NCBI GenBank assembly: GCA_963676615.1
Contig: OY781092.1
Coordinates: forward strand, 800,001-864,000
DNA length: 64,000 bases
Origin: Candidatus Cloacimonadota bacterium
Lineage (GTDB): Bacteria > Cloacimonadota > Cloacimonadia > G963667145
Direction of reading: 5' to 3'
Position 1 is the first letter of the stretch; every line of letters starts with the position of its first letter. The position numbers and the translations under genes were made by a program. This document shows, in pieces, positions 22,305 to 31,878 of the stretch. Under the pieces are notes generated by a model. That model was not told where the DNA came from. It did not search any database and saw only the letters and a program-made list of their open reading frames with translations.

Positions 22305-22320
22305 AAAAATATAAAAAATT

Positions 22321-22824
22321 TCATCTCATTAGGTAAAGCTTTGCACAAGCTCTGGCGTCGCTCAAAGCCTCGTGATGATTCAGCTCCACGCCCATTTTGT
22401 CGGCACAAGCCTTCAGATTTGCTGGCTTAAACCCTTTTTTTCTGTAAATCTGCAAAGTGCACTCCCAACGACTTGGCAAATTCAGCCTACGATAGTCCAC
22501 ACCAATCTCCTGCATATTTTTTTGCAACACATTCCGATCGAAACTTTCGTTGTGAGCCACCACCACATTTGAGTGCAGCAGCCTCTCCAAAATCGGAAAA
22601 ACCTGCGCAAAACTGGGAGCGTCAAAAGTGTCCGCAGCCGTGATGCCGTGCACCTGCGAGTTGTGATAGCTATAACGATTTCCCTTTGGACGCACCAAGG
22701 TGTAGAACTCGTCAACAATCTGCCTGTCCTTTACGCTCACCACCGCCACAGCACATATCTGATGCGCTATCGCCGTCTCAAAATCTATCGCCACAAAATC
22801 GGGCTTACCACAAAATTTTGTCAT
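22321..22824 (-). CDS. DEDDh 3'-5' exonuclease (DnaQ/epsilon-like)
   Basis: IDFETA, AHNESFD, HHEALSDA. Confidence 0.9.
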   Translation of the reverse strand: MTKFCGKPDFVAIDFETAIAHQICAVAVVSVKDRQIVDEFYTLVRPKGNRYSYHNSQVHGITAADTFDAPSFAQVFPILERLLHSNVVVAHNESFDRNVLQKNMQEIGVDYRRLNLPSRWECTLQIYRKKGFKPANLKACADKMGVELNHHEALSDARACAKLYLMR

Positions 22825-22994
22825 AATCTACAAATTTTTCACCTCGCCTTAACAAAATGTTAGCAATAAATTCCTCCAAATTTGCCAAGAATTTTTTATT
22901 TTTTTCTAGCGAACTTCTTTCCTTCAAAAAAAAAATCGCCACTCAAGCAAGAGAAAACTCGCCAGGCGGCAATTTGAATAACGCTAAAAAAAAA

Positions 22995-23501
22995 TTACTC
23001 TTGATACAAAGGCGCAGATTTCGGCTCTTTCCCTTTCAACTCGCCGTGATAAAAAGCGTAGGTCATCGGCTGCAAACCGCTATCAAAACTCTTGGCGCCT
23101 TTTACCTCTCCCAAAAAAATCGTGTGCGTATGCACATCCACCGTGTCGGTCACCTCTAGCCAAATTCCACCCACGCAATTATGCGAAATCAGCGGAACCC
23201 CGCTTGGCGAGAGCTGATAGTCATATTTGGCGAACTTATCAAAATCCCTGCCGCTGCGAAAGCCGAAATTACCGATATCGATCATCTGCCACTTTGTCGA
23301 AACAATCGAAAGCGAAAACTTGCCGCTTTGCTGTATCAACTCGTGCGTAAAATTCTCCTTGTTAATCGAAACCGCCACAATCTTCGGGCTAGAAGTTATC
23401 TGAAAAGATGTGTTGGCGATTTGCGCGTTCACCTTGTCGCCGGCTGCCGCGCCCACGACATACATCCCATAGCTCAAGCTATATAACACCGCATTATCCA
23501 T
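22995..23501 (-). CDS. Flavin reductase family protein (like the N-domain of high-molecular-weight rubredoxin)
   Basis: LSYGMYVV, FGFRSGRDFDKF, THTIFLGEV, PMTYAFYH. Confidence 0.85.
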   Translation of the reverse strand: MDNAVLYSLSYGMYVVGAAAGDKVNAQIANTSFQITSSPKIVAVSINKENFTHELIQQSGKFSLSIVSTKWQMIDIGNFGFRSGRDFDKFAKYDYQLSPSGVPLISHNCVGGIWLEVTDTVDVHTHTIFLGEVKGAKSFDSGLQPMTYAFYHGELKGKEPKSAPLYQE

Positions 23502-23525
23502 CTTTGCCTCCATTTTTTTACTCAG

Positions 23526-23565
23526 AAAAAGAAAAGGGATCGCCAAATTTTTGCGACCCCAAAAA
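23526..23565 (-). terminator. Intrinsic terminator after rubredoxin
   Basis: Minus strand GGGGTCGC...GCGATCCC followed by TTTTCTTTTT. Confidence 0.65.
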
Positions 23566-23573
23566 GTTAATAT

Positions 23574-23711
23574 TTACGCCTTAGAAAACTGATCTTTGCC
23601 GACGCCGCAGACAGGGCAAAGCCAATCGGCTGCCAAATCTGCAAAAGCCACATCGCCGTTCTCCGCAGGATCATACACATAGCCGCACACATCACACACA
23701 AATTTTTCCAT
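23574..23711 (-). CDS. Rubredoxin (45 aa, short type)
   Basis: Hand translation: [45 protein letters not shown]; CxxCG...CPxCG; GGAG RBS; below the ORF-track cutoff. Confidence 0.95.
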   Translation of the reverse strand: MEKFVCDVCGYVYDPAENGDVAFADLAADWLCPVCGVGKDQFSKA

Positions 23712-23721
23712 CGTTATCTCC

Positions 23722-24255
23722 TTAATAATTTTTACTCAAAACCTCGAAATACGCTTTCGGATGCTTGCAAGCAGGACACTCTTCGGCAGCTTTTTCGCCT
23801 TTGTGAATGTAGCCGCAGTTCAAGCATTTCCACTCTGTAGGCTCAGATTTTTTAAAAACCACGCCATCTTTGATATTTTGCAAAAGTTTTTTGTATCTCG
23901 CCTCGTGTTTCGCCTCGATGTCGGCGATTCTCTCGAACATAATAGCGATCTCGTTAAAGCCCTCTTCGCGAGCCTCTTTTGCCATTTTTGGATACATCTC
24001 TTGCCACTCAAAATTCTCGCCCTCAGCGGCTTCCTGCAAATTCGCCATCGTATCGCCCAAAAGCCCCAACGCCTTAAAATGCAACTTTGCGTGCTCCTTC
24101 TCGTTCTCCGCCGTCTCCAAAAAAATCCTGGAAATCTGCTCGTATCCCTCTTTTTTGGCAACCTTGGCAAAATAGGTATATTTGTTGCGAGCTTGAGACT
24201 CTCCCGCAAAAGCTTCCAACAAGTTTTTTTCTGTCTTAGAACCTTTCAATTCCAT
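23722..24255 (-). CDS. rbr: Rubrerythrin
   Basis: [12 protein letters not shown], ExxH diiron motifs, C-terminal CLNCG...CPAC. Confidence 0.96.
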   Translation of the reverse strand: MELKGSKTEKNLLEAFAGESQARNKYTYFAKVAKKEGYEQISRIFLETAENEKEHAKLHFKALGLLGDTMANLQEAAEGENFEWQEMYPKMAKEAREEGFNEIAIMFERIADIEAKHEARYKKLLQNIKDGVVFKKSEPTEWKCLNCGYIHKGEKAAEECPACKHPKAYFEVLSKNY

Positions 24256-24273
24256 CTTTTCCTCCTAAAAAAA

Positions 24274-24624
24274 TTACTGGTTAATATCGACGCTGCTCTC
24301 CCACAATCCGTGCAGATTGCAAAGACTAACAGCAAAAATTTTCTTAAACGCCCCTTTTTTGATATGCGTCTTCACATAAGGCACCGTGTTCTCTCTGCCC
24401 AGCTCGAACCTCGTGACAAAAACCAGCTTATCGTCGTTCGTCAGGGCGTGCAGCGCAATATGCTCGATAAAATGCCCTTCTGTGCTGGGGTGAAAAATCT
24501 CTTTACCCACTCGCACCGTCACAGACAGCTCGCCACAAGTGCCACAAGGACTCACCTCTATATATGGCAAATGTTTTTCGTTGCCATCAGCTTCCGATTT
24601 TTTCATCAAATTAGCCAAATGCAT
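24274..24624 (-). CDS. Superoxide reductase (neelaredoxin-type, 1Fe)
   Basis: EKHLP, HPSTEGHFI, CNLHGLWE. Confidence 0.9.
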   Translation of the reverse strand: MHLANLMKKSEADGNEKHLPYIEVSPCGTCGELSVTVRVGKEIFHPSTEGHFIEHIALHALTNDDKLVFVTRFELGRENTVPYVKTHIKKGAFKKIFAVSLCNLHGLWESSVDINQ

Positions 24625-24634
24625 ACCTTCCTCC

Positions 24635-25807
24635 TTACTTTTTCGTTTTTAACTCTTGAATAAACTTCTCGCCGATTTCTTGCAATGCGTCCGCAGACGG
24701 AATATACTGCTGGCGAAAAGAGCCCATCAACTCAAAATTCATTTTTTGCAAAGCGTCCTCGACAATCTTCACGCTCTGTCCGCCCCAGCCGTAGCTACCG
24801 AAAGCCAATCCGATGCGATTTTTTGGCGCAAGTCCGCTCAAATAACACAAAAACGAGGCAACTGTCGGCAAAATATTATTGTTCAAAGTCGGCGAACCCA
24901 CGCAAATATAGCGCGCATCCACCAGCTTGGTCATTATATCCGAAATGTGCGTGCACTGCAAATTCACCAACTCCACAGAAATATTTTCTTCCTCAAACTT
25001 GTCCACCAAAACTTCCGCCATCTTTCTGGTCGAGCCCCACATCGTGTCATAAACCACCACCGCTTTATCGCTAGTGGCGTTGGCAGACCAATCGACATAA
25101 GCCCCCACAATCTTGCCAATATGCTCGCTCCACACAACGCCGTGACTCGGGCAAATATACTCAATCGCCAAATCTTTCGCCGCCAAAAGCGCCTTTTGCA
25201 CCTGCGCACCATACGGCAAAACGATATTCGCATAATACTTTTTCGCCTCCGACATCAGCAAACCCAGCGGATAATCCCGATCGAGCCTTGGCAAACCCGC
25301 AATGTGCTGCCCAAAAGCGTCGTTCGAAAAAAGCACCTTCTCCTGCGGACAATACGAAAACATATTATCCGGCCAATGCACCATCGGCGTCTGCACAAAC
25401 TGCAAACTCCGCTTGCCCAGCGACAACTCATCTCCGCTAGCCACCAACCGATAGCTCCAATCTCCGCTAAAATGCTTCTCCAGACCCGCTTTCCCCGCAT
25501 TATTGGTAACAATCGTCGCGTTCGGCGCCCACTGCATCACCTGCGGCAAACTCCCCGAATGATCCATCTCCACATGATTGACCACCACATAATCTATCTT
25601 CTTGGGGTCGATCACGCTCTGCACCCTCTCCCACAGTTGCTTGCTCGCCGTCGCCTTTACCGTATCAATCAGCGTAACCTTCTCATCCACAATCAGATAC
25701 GCGTTATACGACGAACCCTTTTGCGTCAAATATCCGTGAAAATTCCGCAAATCCCAATCAACAGCTCCAACCCAATAAATTCCCTCTTTGATTTTTTTCG
25801 CCTTCAA
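24635..25807 (-). CDS. fprA: Flavodiiron protein (A-type flavoprotein)
   Basis: NHVEMDHSG, HWPD, SNDAFGQH, PSHG, flavodoxin domain; TTG start with GGGAG RBS. Confidence 0.95.
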   Translation of the reverse strand: MKAKKIKEGIYWVGAVDWDLRNFHGYLTQKGSSYNAYLIVDEKVTLIDTVKATASKQLWERVQSVIDPKKIDYVVVNHVEMDHSGSLPQVMQWAPNATIVTNNAGKAGLEKHFSGDWSYRLVASGDELSLGKRSLQFVQTPMVHWPDNMFSYCPQEKVLFSNDAFGQHIAGLPRLDRDYPLGLLMSEAKKYYANIVLPYGAQVQKALLAAKDLAIEYICPSHGVVWSEHIGKIVGAYVDWSANATSDKAVVVYDTMWGSTRKMAEVLVDKFEEENISVELVNLQCTHISDIMTKLVDARYICVGSPTLNNNILPTVASFLCYLSGLAPKNRIGLAFGSYGWGGQSVKIVEDALQKMNFELMGSFRQQYIPSADALQEIGEKFIQELKTKK

Positions 25808-25835
25808 TTTCTCTCCCTTTTCAATCAATATTTCG

Positions 25836-26675
25836 TCAAAAAACAAGCTGGCTACTCGCCTTTTTCGCCTCTAGGCTCTGACAAACAGGGCAAAAATATG
25901 TGCCTCTGCCAGCGATATCTATCTTTTGCAAACGATGCCCTTTGGGGCAACTTTTTTTTTGATAAACCTGCAAAAAATTTTGGAATTGCCCAGTTTTATC
26001 GTCAATATTCCGAAAATCGCTAACCGAAGTGCCGCAACAATCGATTGCCTTGCTCAAAACCTTGCGCATAACCGCCAAAAGCTCCCGCACTTTCTTTTTG
26101 CTCAAACTCCCCGCAGACGCCTTTGGATGCACGCCAATTCGATACAAAATCTCGCACGCATAAATGTTGCCAATCCCTGCAATCAGCTCCTGATTTAGCA
26201 AAAAGCTCTTGATAGCGACCTTTCTGCTGTGCATCATCGCGGCAAGAGAGTCAGCCGTCAAGCCTTTATCAAACGGGTCAAGCCCCAATTTCGCAATCCC
26301 TGGCACTTTATCGCCGCTATTCCAAAAATCTAGCCGCGCAAAACCTCGCACGCTATAAAAAAGCAAACTGCCTCCATCGGCAAAACAAAATTCCGCTCGC
26401 AAACCGCTTGGCTTCCGCGGCTCACTCGCCGCTGCCCAAACTAACTTTCCCGTCATCCGCAAGTGAATCACCGCCATTACGCCGCTATCAAAACCGATGA
26501 CGATAAACTTCCCTTTCCGCTCAATCGACTGCACCTTACCCAAACTCTGCAAATCCGCATCAGCTCGATTCTCGACGCTACTCGGGCAAACAATCCGCAA
26601 CTGCCGCACACTTCTGCCCAAAATCTTCCCCTGCAACTGGCTGACAATTGTCTGCACTTCTGGCAACTCTGGCAC
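25836..26675 (-). CDS. mutM: Formamidopyrimidine-DNA glycosylase
   Basis: MPELPEV, HLRMTG, GIGNIYA, C-terminal zinc finger. Confidence 0.96.
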   Translation of the reverse strand: MPELPEVQTIVSQLQGKILGRSVRQLRIVCPSSVENRADADLQSLGKVQSIERKGKFIVIGFDSGVMAVIHLRMTGKLVWAAASEPRKPSGLRAEFCFADGGSLLFYSVRGFARLDFWNSGDKVPGIAKLGLDPFDKGLTADSLAAMMHSRKVAIKSFLLNQELIAGIGNIYACEILYRIGVHPKASAGSLSKKKVRELLAVMRKVLSKAIDCCGTSVSDFRNIDDKTGQFQNFLQVYQKKSCPKGHRLQKIDIAGRGTYFCPVCQSLEAKKASSQLVF

Positions 26676-26684
26676 AGCCCGCTC

Positions 26685-27134
26685 CTATTTCCGCTCCGAT
26701 TTGCGCTGCTCAGCCAAACAATCTTTACAAATCCCTTTAAAAACCAAATTGTAGTCGTGAATTTTGTGTCCTTGCAACAGCTCAGCCCCCCGATACACAT
26801 AGTTTTCATCAACATCAAAAACGCGCCCGCAACGCTCACACTTGAAATGCCCGTGCGCATTGCGATTAAAATCAAAATGCTCTCGACCGTCCGAACCGCT
26901 GATAGATTTGATAATCTTCTTACCTTCCAAAAGCTCCAGCACATTATAAACGGTCGTTTTCGACAAAGTCGGCAGCTGCTTTTTCACCGCCAGATAAATT
27001 TCCTCCACTGTCGGATGAACGCGATGCAGATCCAAAAATCGCAAAACACACACCCGCTGAATAGACGGCGAAATCTGCTTCTTTGCCAAAATATCGGTAT
27101 ATTTATCCATCGACTCTGTCATTTTTTTCTCCAA
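26685..27134 (-). CDS. perR: Fur-family repressor, probably PerR
   Basis: HPTVEEIY, TVYNVL, HGHFKCERC, CKDC; heads the oxidative-stress cluster. Confidence 0.8.
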   Translation of the reverse strand: MEKKMTESMDKYTDILAKKQISPSIQRVCVLRFLDLHRVHPTVEEIYLAVKKQLPTLSKTTVYNVLELLEGKKIIKSISGSDGREHFDFNRNAHGHFKCERCGRVFDVDENYVYRGAELLQGHKIHDYNLVFKGICKDCLAEQRKSERK

Positions 27135-27173
27135 CTTAACCCTTGCTCTCCAACCTTATTTTTACACAATAGT

Positions 27174-27204
27174 TGTCAATATAAATTTGTAATTACTACA
27201 AATT
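27174..27204 (-). promoter_or_regulatory. PerR-box-like operator next to a TTGACA -35 element
   Basis: Perfect inverted repeat AATTTGTA-N5-TACAAATT (27184-27204); core TTGTAATTACTACAA resembles TTATAATnATTATAA; minus-strand TTGACA at 27174-27179. Confidence 0.65.
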
Positions 27205-27274
27205 GCTTTTGTCTGAAAAAAAACAGCCCACCAAAGCTTTTTACTTTAGCAGGCTAAGACATTTTACTACTCCC

Positions 27275-28006
27275 CTAATTCCTTGCAAATCCAAGTATTT
27301 GCGGATAAGTTCTGGGAACTTTTAGCGGATAGGTTTGCGCAAGTTCTTCCTCAGAAGGAGTTCCGTCGTTTTTGCATTTTTCGCCTTTCATCTCGTCCCA
27401 AATCTCTTTGGTTAGCGAAAAAGTCGGACCACCGCCAAGCTCGTGGCAAAGCCCAAATCCGTTGTCGTAAAGGTCGGACTTGTTCATAAGGCCATACTCG
27501 CCCATCCATCTGCGAAAACCGATTGTGCTCTCGGCGACGATCAGCACCTCTTTTTCGCCCAAGTTGTCCAAATGATGCTCCATCTTCGCAGCCAAAAGGT
27601 GCGCTCCCGCTCTCACTCCGCGCTTCAAAGCCAAAGTGTGCAAACTCATTCCCACATCTTTGTTTTTGTGTCGAGAAGTCACAATCCCCACCAACTCGCC
27701 GTCCACAGTGCCCACGATAACAAAACAGTTCGCCACTCTCTTGCGATACCAGCCCAAAATCTCGCTATACACGCGGCACGCCACGATATCATACCAATCT
27801 TGCGGCACAAACATCAGCGGGCGAACCGCCTCCAAAAGCTGATTGATATCGTCGAAAGTCGCCTCTCGCACAACCATCACTTTACCGTTTTTCAGATTTA
27901 TCTTTTTCGGCGGATACGGCTTCATCTCTGGGGCTTTTGGCGAATCCAAAAGCGCTTCCAACTCCTGCATACTCGGCAGATTATCTCTATTTACTCTAGT
28001 CGGCAT
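27275..28006 (-). CDS. GNAT-fold N-acetyltransferase-like protein
   Basis: VVREAT, VDGELVG, HTLALKRGVRAGAHL pattern; start MPTRVN with RBS; last gene of the operon. Confidence 0.65.
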   Translation of the reverse strand: MPTRVNRDNLPSMQELEALLDSPKAPEMKPYPPKKINLKNGKVMVVREATFDDINQLLEAVRPLMFVPQDWYDIVACRVYSEILGWYRKRVANCFVIVGTVDGELVGIVTSRHKNKDVGMSLHTLALKRGVRAGAHLLAAKMEHHLDNLGEKEVLIVAESTIGFRRWMGEYGLMNKSDLYDNGFGLCHELGGGPTFSLTKEIWDEMKGEKCKNDGTPSEEELAQTYPLKVPRTYPQILGFARN

Positions 28007-28054
28007 TTTTCTCTCCTCTTCCTTAAAAATCGTTTTAACTCTAACCAATATTTT

Positions 28055-28873
28055 TTACTTCGGCTCTAGGGCAATAATGCGGCACATCGACGACTCCATC
28101 TCGATTCCACGCAGCGGGAAAAGTCCGAGCCACACTCGCTTGCTGCCCAATTCGTTCAGCTGTCCGCCCAAATTCTCCGCATGCACCAAACCTTTTGGAA
28201 ACAGCTGCAAATGCATCACTTGATAATACTCGTCCAGCGGAAAAAGTTCGTCCCACTCTTTGCCATACTTTTGCTTCATCAAAGCGTTCGCCTTGTCGAA
28301 ATCTTTGGGATGCCAATTTCGGATAATCGTATTCATCGGGTGATCGGCAGAGCCAGCATCGACGCCAATCCACTTGATTTTTTTGTCCAAAGCCCACTTG
28401 TGAAATTCAGGAGAAGGTCCGGGATGTCGCACGAAATACCGCAGCTCGTCGGACTCTGGCTGATCCCAGCCGTAGCGATTGTAGCCAGTGTTGATAATCA
28501 AAATATCGCCCTCTTTCACCTCGACTTTTTTCTCGATCATCTCGGGAGTGTAGAGCCCGTAATCTTCCACATCGTCGGAAATATCGGCGACAGCGGCGTC
28601 TCCAACCCAAAAATCCATCGGCGTGTTACCGATTGTGCGTCCAGCGGCAAAAAAATGAATTTCGCCATCAATATGCGTGCCGACATGATTGGAAGTGTGC
28701 ACAATCTGCCCGTTCGCGCCTTGCCCTTGGTGTGCCCCAGCAATCCTCTTGAAATACTGCAACCCAAGCGGCATATAGCTCGGCCACGGCGGCGTGTGAA
28801 TCGACAGCCGCATCGTCAAGTCATACATCTTAATATCGTTTGCCATCATCTTCATAAATTCTTGATTTGTCAT
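28055..28873 (-). CDS. Cyclase-family metal-dependent amidohydrolase (kynurenine formamidase/isatin hydrolase fold)
   Basis: HVGTHIDGEIHF (HxGTHxDxxxH), ILIINTG, HAENL. Confidence 0.9.
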   Translation of the reverse strand: MTNQEFMKMMANDIKMYDLTMRLSIHTPPWPSYMPLGLQYFKRIAGAHQGQGANGQIVHTSNHVGTHIDGEIHFFAAGRTIGNTPMDFWVGDAAVADISDDVEDYGLYTPEMIEKKVEVKEGDILIINTGYNRYGWDQPESDELRYFVRHPGPSPEFHKWALDKKIKWIGVDAGSADHPMNTIIRNWHPKDFDKANALMKQKYGKEWDELFPLDEYYQVMHLQLFPKGLVHAENLGGQLNELGSKRVWLGLFPLRGIEMESSMCRIIALEPK

Positions 28874-28895
28874 GATTTTCTCCTTTTTTCTTAAT

Positions 28896-30332
28896 TTATT
28901 TCGCATATTTTTCGGCAAAAGCTGCAAGTGCCTTGGTAAAACAGCTCATCGGCGGCTCCACCAAACCAGCTCCCACCATTCCTATTCCAGGCGTTTTGTG
29001 AGCAATGCCCGTGTTAATCGCAGGCAAAATGCCCGTTTCAACTACTTTCAGCAGATTTATTCCCGTCGGCGTTCCACGAAAATCCAAAATCGGAATCTGA
29101 AAAATGTTGTTTTCGCCATCGGTAATCTCATACATTTTTTTGGTGAAATTTAGCGCGTCTTCGGGGCTGCCACCGACGAACTTCACAATCGCTGGAGCAG
29201 CCGCCATGGCAAAGCCGCCAAAGCCAGCGGTTTCGGTAATCGTCGAATCGCCAATATCTCGCGCGGCGTCGTCCTCGGTGTAGCCTGGCAAATACAAGCC
29301 GTCCACAATCGGTGCCTGATCAACGAACCACGCATCGCCAAGCCCAGAGACACGAATGCCAAAATCTGTGCCGTTGCGCGCCAAAACAGTCACAATCGTC
29401 GAACCTTCGATATTATGAGCAGAATCGATAATCGCTTTCGCCGTCGGCATCGACAAGTTCAAGAAGAAATGGTCGTTCTCGTTGAGAAAGTCGAAAACCG
29501 CAGCTACATCTTTTTTGCTATAATTTTCCAGCTTGACCAAACTGCTGGCAAGCTCCCGAATCACGATAGAAGTTCCCGCGCGGTTGCGGTTGTGACCCTC
29601 GTCGCCCATCTGCAAAACTTGTGCGATAATGTTTTTCATATCCAGTGGTCCGTGCGCGCGCAAAGCGTCTTTCAGCACAGGCGCCAAAACATCTTTCATC
29701 CACTGCAGCCGCTGGTTGACCTCCTGCCCATAAGCGCCGTAGCGAAGCACCTTTCCAAGCCCCTCGTTCAGCGTCGCATAAGAGTAGTTGCCAAAAGTTT
29801 CGTTCTTGACGATCCAAACCGGCATACTCGGCGTTACGATGCCCGCCATCGGTCCGACAGTGCTGTGATGATGACACGGCTCAAACTTAATCTGTCCAGA
29901 AGCCGCAAGCTTTTCCGCCTCTTCGGGCGTTTTTGCCCAACCTTCAAAAATAATACCACCAATCACCGCTCCACGAGTCGGTCCGCTCATCCTCTCCCAG
30001 CTGACTGGAGGTCCAGAATGCAAAAACATCTTCTCCTGCATCCCAGGAATGTCCTTCAGTGCAACGCCAATATCCATCAGCACTGGCTTCGACTTCATAA
30101 TATTTTCAATCGCCTTGGCGTTCGCCGCCTGCACATCGACTTTGCACGAGGCTATCGCATCCAACATCGCCACCAACTTCGCATCGCCACCAGCAGGCGG
30201 CTTCCACGCCACCTGCACAGCCCTGACGCCCTGCTCCCGCAAATTGTCCGCAAAACTCTCCAGCCCCAAATTCGCCACAACCAAATCTTGCTCAAACAGC
30301 TGATTTATCGGTCTAACATCCATTTTACTCAC
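28896..30332 (-). CDS. DUF1116 / YlbE (AllG-like carbamoyltransferase subunit)
   Basis: LHSGPP, PCHHHSTVGPMAG, MGDEGHNRN, DIGDSTITE, INTGIAH. Confidence 0.88.
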   Translation of the reverse strand: MSKMDVRPINQLFEQDLVVANLGLESFADNLREQGVRAVQVAWKPPAGGDAKLVAMLDAIASCKVDVQAANAKAIENIMKSKPVLMDIGVALKDIPGMQEKMFLHSGPPVSWERMSGPTRGAVIGGIIFEGWAKTPEEAEKLAASGQIKFEPCHHHSTVGPMAGIVTPSMPVWIVKNETFGNYSYATLNEGLGKVLRYGAYGQEVNQRLQWMKDVLAPVLKDALRAHGPLDMKNIIAQVLQMGDEGHNRNRAGTSIVIRELASSLVKLENYSKKDVAAVFDFLNENDHFFLNLSMPTAKAIIDSAHNIEGSTIVTVLARNGTDFGIRVSGLGDAWFVDQAPIVDGLYLPGYTEDDAARDIGDSTITETAGFGGFAMAAAPAIVKFVGGSPEDALNFTKKMYEITDGENNIFQIPILDFRGTPTGINLLKVVETGILPAINTGIAHKTPGIGMVGAGLVEPPMSCFTKALAAFAEKYAK

Positions 30333-31878
30333 CTACCTTTTCCATAATCTTCTGCGCCAACATTGATGCCTGATAATTCGAGGGCATCACCACAACGCCA
30401 ATCGACTCCAGCTTTCGTTTTTGCTCGGCGAAATTTTGGTAATCGCCCTTCGTTCCTGTGATAGACGCCACAATCGACAAAAATCCGCCACGCTCCAGAG
30501 CCTTATCTTTGGCAAACTTCAGACTCTGCAAAATCGCTCCAGCAGGATCAGGATGCGAGCCATAGCCGATGACGACATCCAAAAGCATCACCGCCACTTG
30601 CTCGTCCTCTGCCTCCGCCAAAATCCGATCGTCGCGCGTTCCCGGCTCAATCATCGGGTGCGGTCGCCCATTGGTAAAAACATCTTCGCCCAAATCGACG
30701 ATGGTGTGATTTGTCGATACGAAAGGATTTTTCAGAACGAAATTTTTGTCCGAATGATCAAACGAAAAAACTCCTCCCAAACTATCGTTAAGCAAAATAA
30801 GCGCCTCGTCGGCGAGCGTGCCGCCAGTGTATAACCCTCGCAAAAATTTCTGCTTCTTGCTCATTTTCGCCGTTTGTTGCCCCACAATCTGCTCGATTTC
30901 GCTCATCGGCGCGCTAAAGACCTCACGCGAGAACTCTTTTCCTTCCGCCAAAGCGACCGCCATTTTGGCTGCCTCCTCCAAATTTTCTGCAAAATGCAAA
31001 TTCGCCTCATCTTCGCCACTAAGCCCAATAAAATGCACCACACAAGGCTTGCCCGTCTCTTGCAGAGCTGCGATAACTTTTTTGGCAACAGACTCAGCTG
31101 GCGGTTTGGAGACGATGCAAATCACCTTCGTCTGCGGATCGTTCTGCAGCGCCTTTATCCCCATAAGCATCATCGTGCCGCCGACCTCTTGACTCTTGAG
31201 GTCTCGTCCACCTGTGCCAATCGCCTGCGAAACGCCAGAGCCGAACTTTTGGATGCTGCAACTTATCTCCTGCAGACCCGTTCCCGAAGCTCCCACAAGC
31301 CCGATCGCGCCTTTGTTCACCACATTCGCAAAACACAACGGCTTCCCGTTGATAATCGCCGTTCCGCAATCTGGACCCATCATAAGCAGCCCTTTCTCTT
31401 TCGCCAATTTTTTCAGCGAAATCTCGTCTTTTAGCGAAATATTATCCGAAAAAAGCATCACATGCTTACCGCTATTCAGCGCCTTGCGAACCTCCGCTGG
31501 CGCAAAAGCTCCCGGCAGCGAAATAACCACCATATTTATGTCCGCATAAGTTTTAATCGCCGCGCTCAAAGTCGCAGGCTTGTAGCCATCGCTCTCCTCT
31601 GCAGAACCTTTTTCGGTCAATTTCTTTTTGGCAACCTCCATCGCTTGCGACACGACCTGCGCATCTTCCGCCTCAATGGCGATGATCAAATCGTTGGCAG
31701 TGGCGCTCTTCACCGCATCGTTTATCATCTGCAAATCGCCCAGCAAATCCAAATTCATCGGCGTTCCCATCGCCACAACCGCCTGAGTAACCCCGTCGAT
31801 TTTCTTGATTTGGCGATTTATCAACATCAGCACCACCGAATCGAAATACGAATCTTTTTCGACATAAATCTCTTTCAT
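30325..31878 (-). CDS. fdrA: FdrA acyl-CoA-synthetase-like protein (AllF-like)
   Basis: YFDSVVLM, MLFSDN, MMGPDCGT, GTGGRD, GRPHPMI. Confidence 0.92.
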   Translation of the reverse strand: MKEIYVEKDSYFDSVVLMLINRQIKKIDGVTQAVVAMGTPMNLDLLGDLQMINDAVKSATANDLIIAIEAEDAQVVSQAMEVAKKKLTEKGSAEESDGYKPATLSAAIKTYADINMVVISLPGAFAPAEVRKALNSGKHVMLFSDNISLKDEISLKKLAKEKGLLMMGPDCGTAIINGKPLCFANVVNKGAIGLVGASGTGLQEISCSIQKFGSGVSQAIGTGGRDLKSQEVGGTMMLMGIKALQNDPQTKVICIVSKPPAESVAKKVIAALQETGKPCVVHFIGLSGEDEANLHFAENLEEAAKMAVALAEGKEFSREVFSAPMSEIEQIVGQQTAKMSKKQKFLRGLYTGGTLADEALILLNDSLGGVFSFDHSDKNFVLKNPFVSTNHTIVDLGEDVFTNGRPHPMIEPGTRDDRILAEAEDEQVAVMLLDVVIGYGSHPDPAGAILQSLKFAKDKALERGGFLSIVASITGTKGDYQNFAEQKRKLESIGVVVMPSNYQASMLAQKIMEKVGE

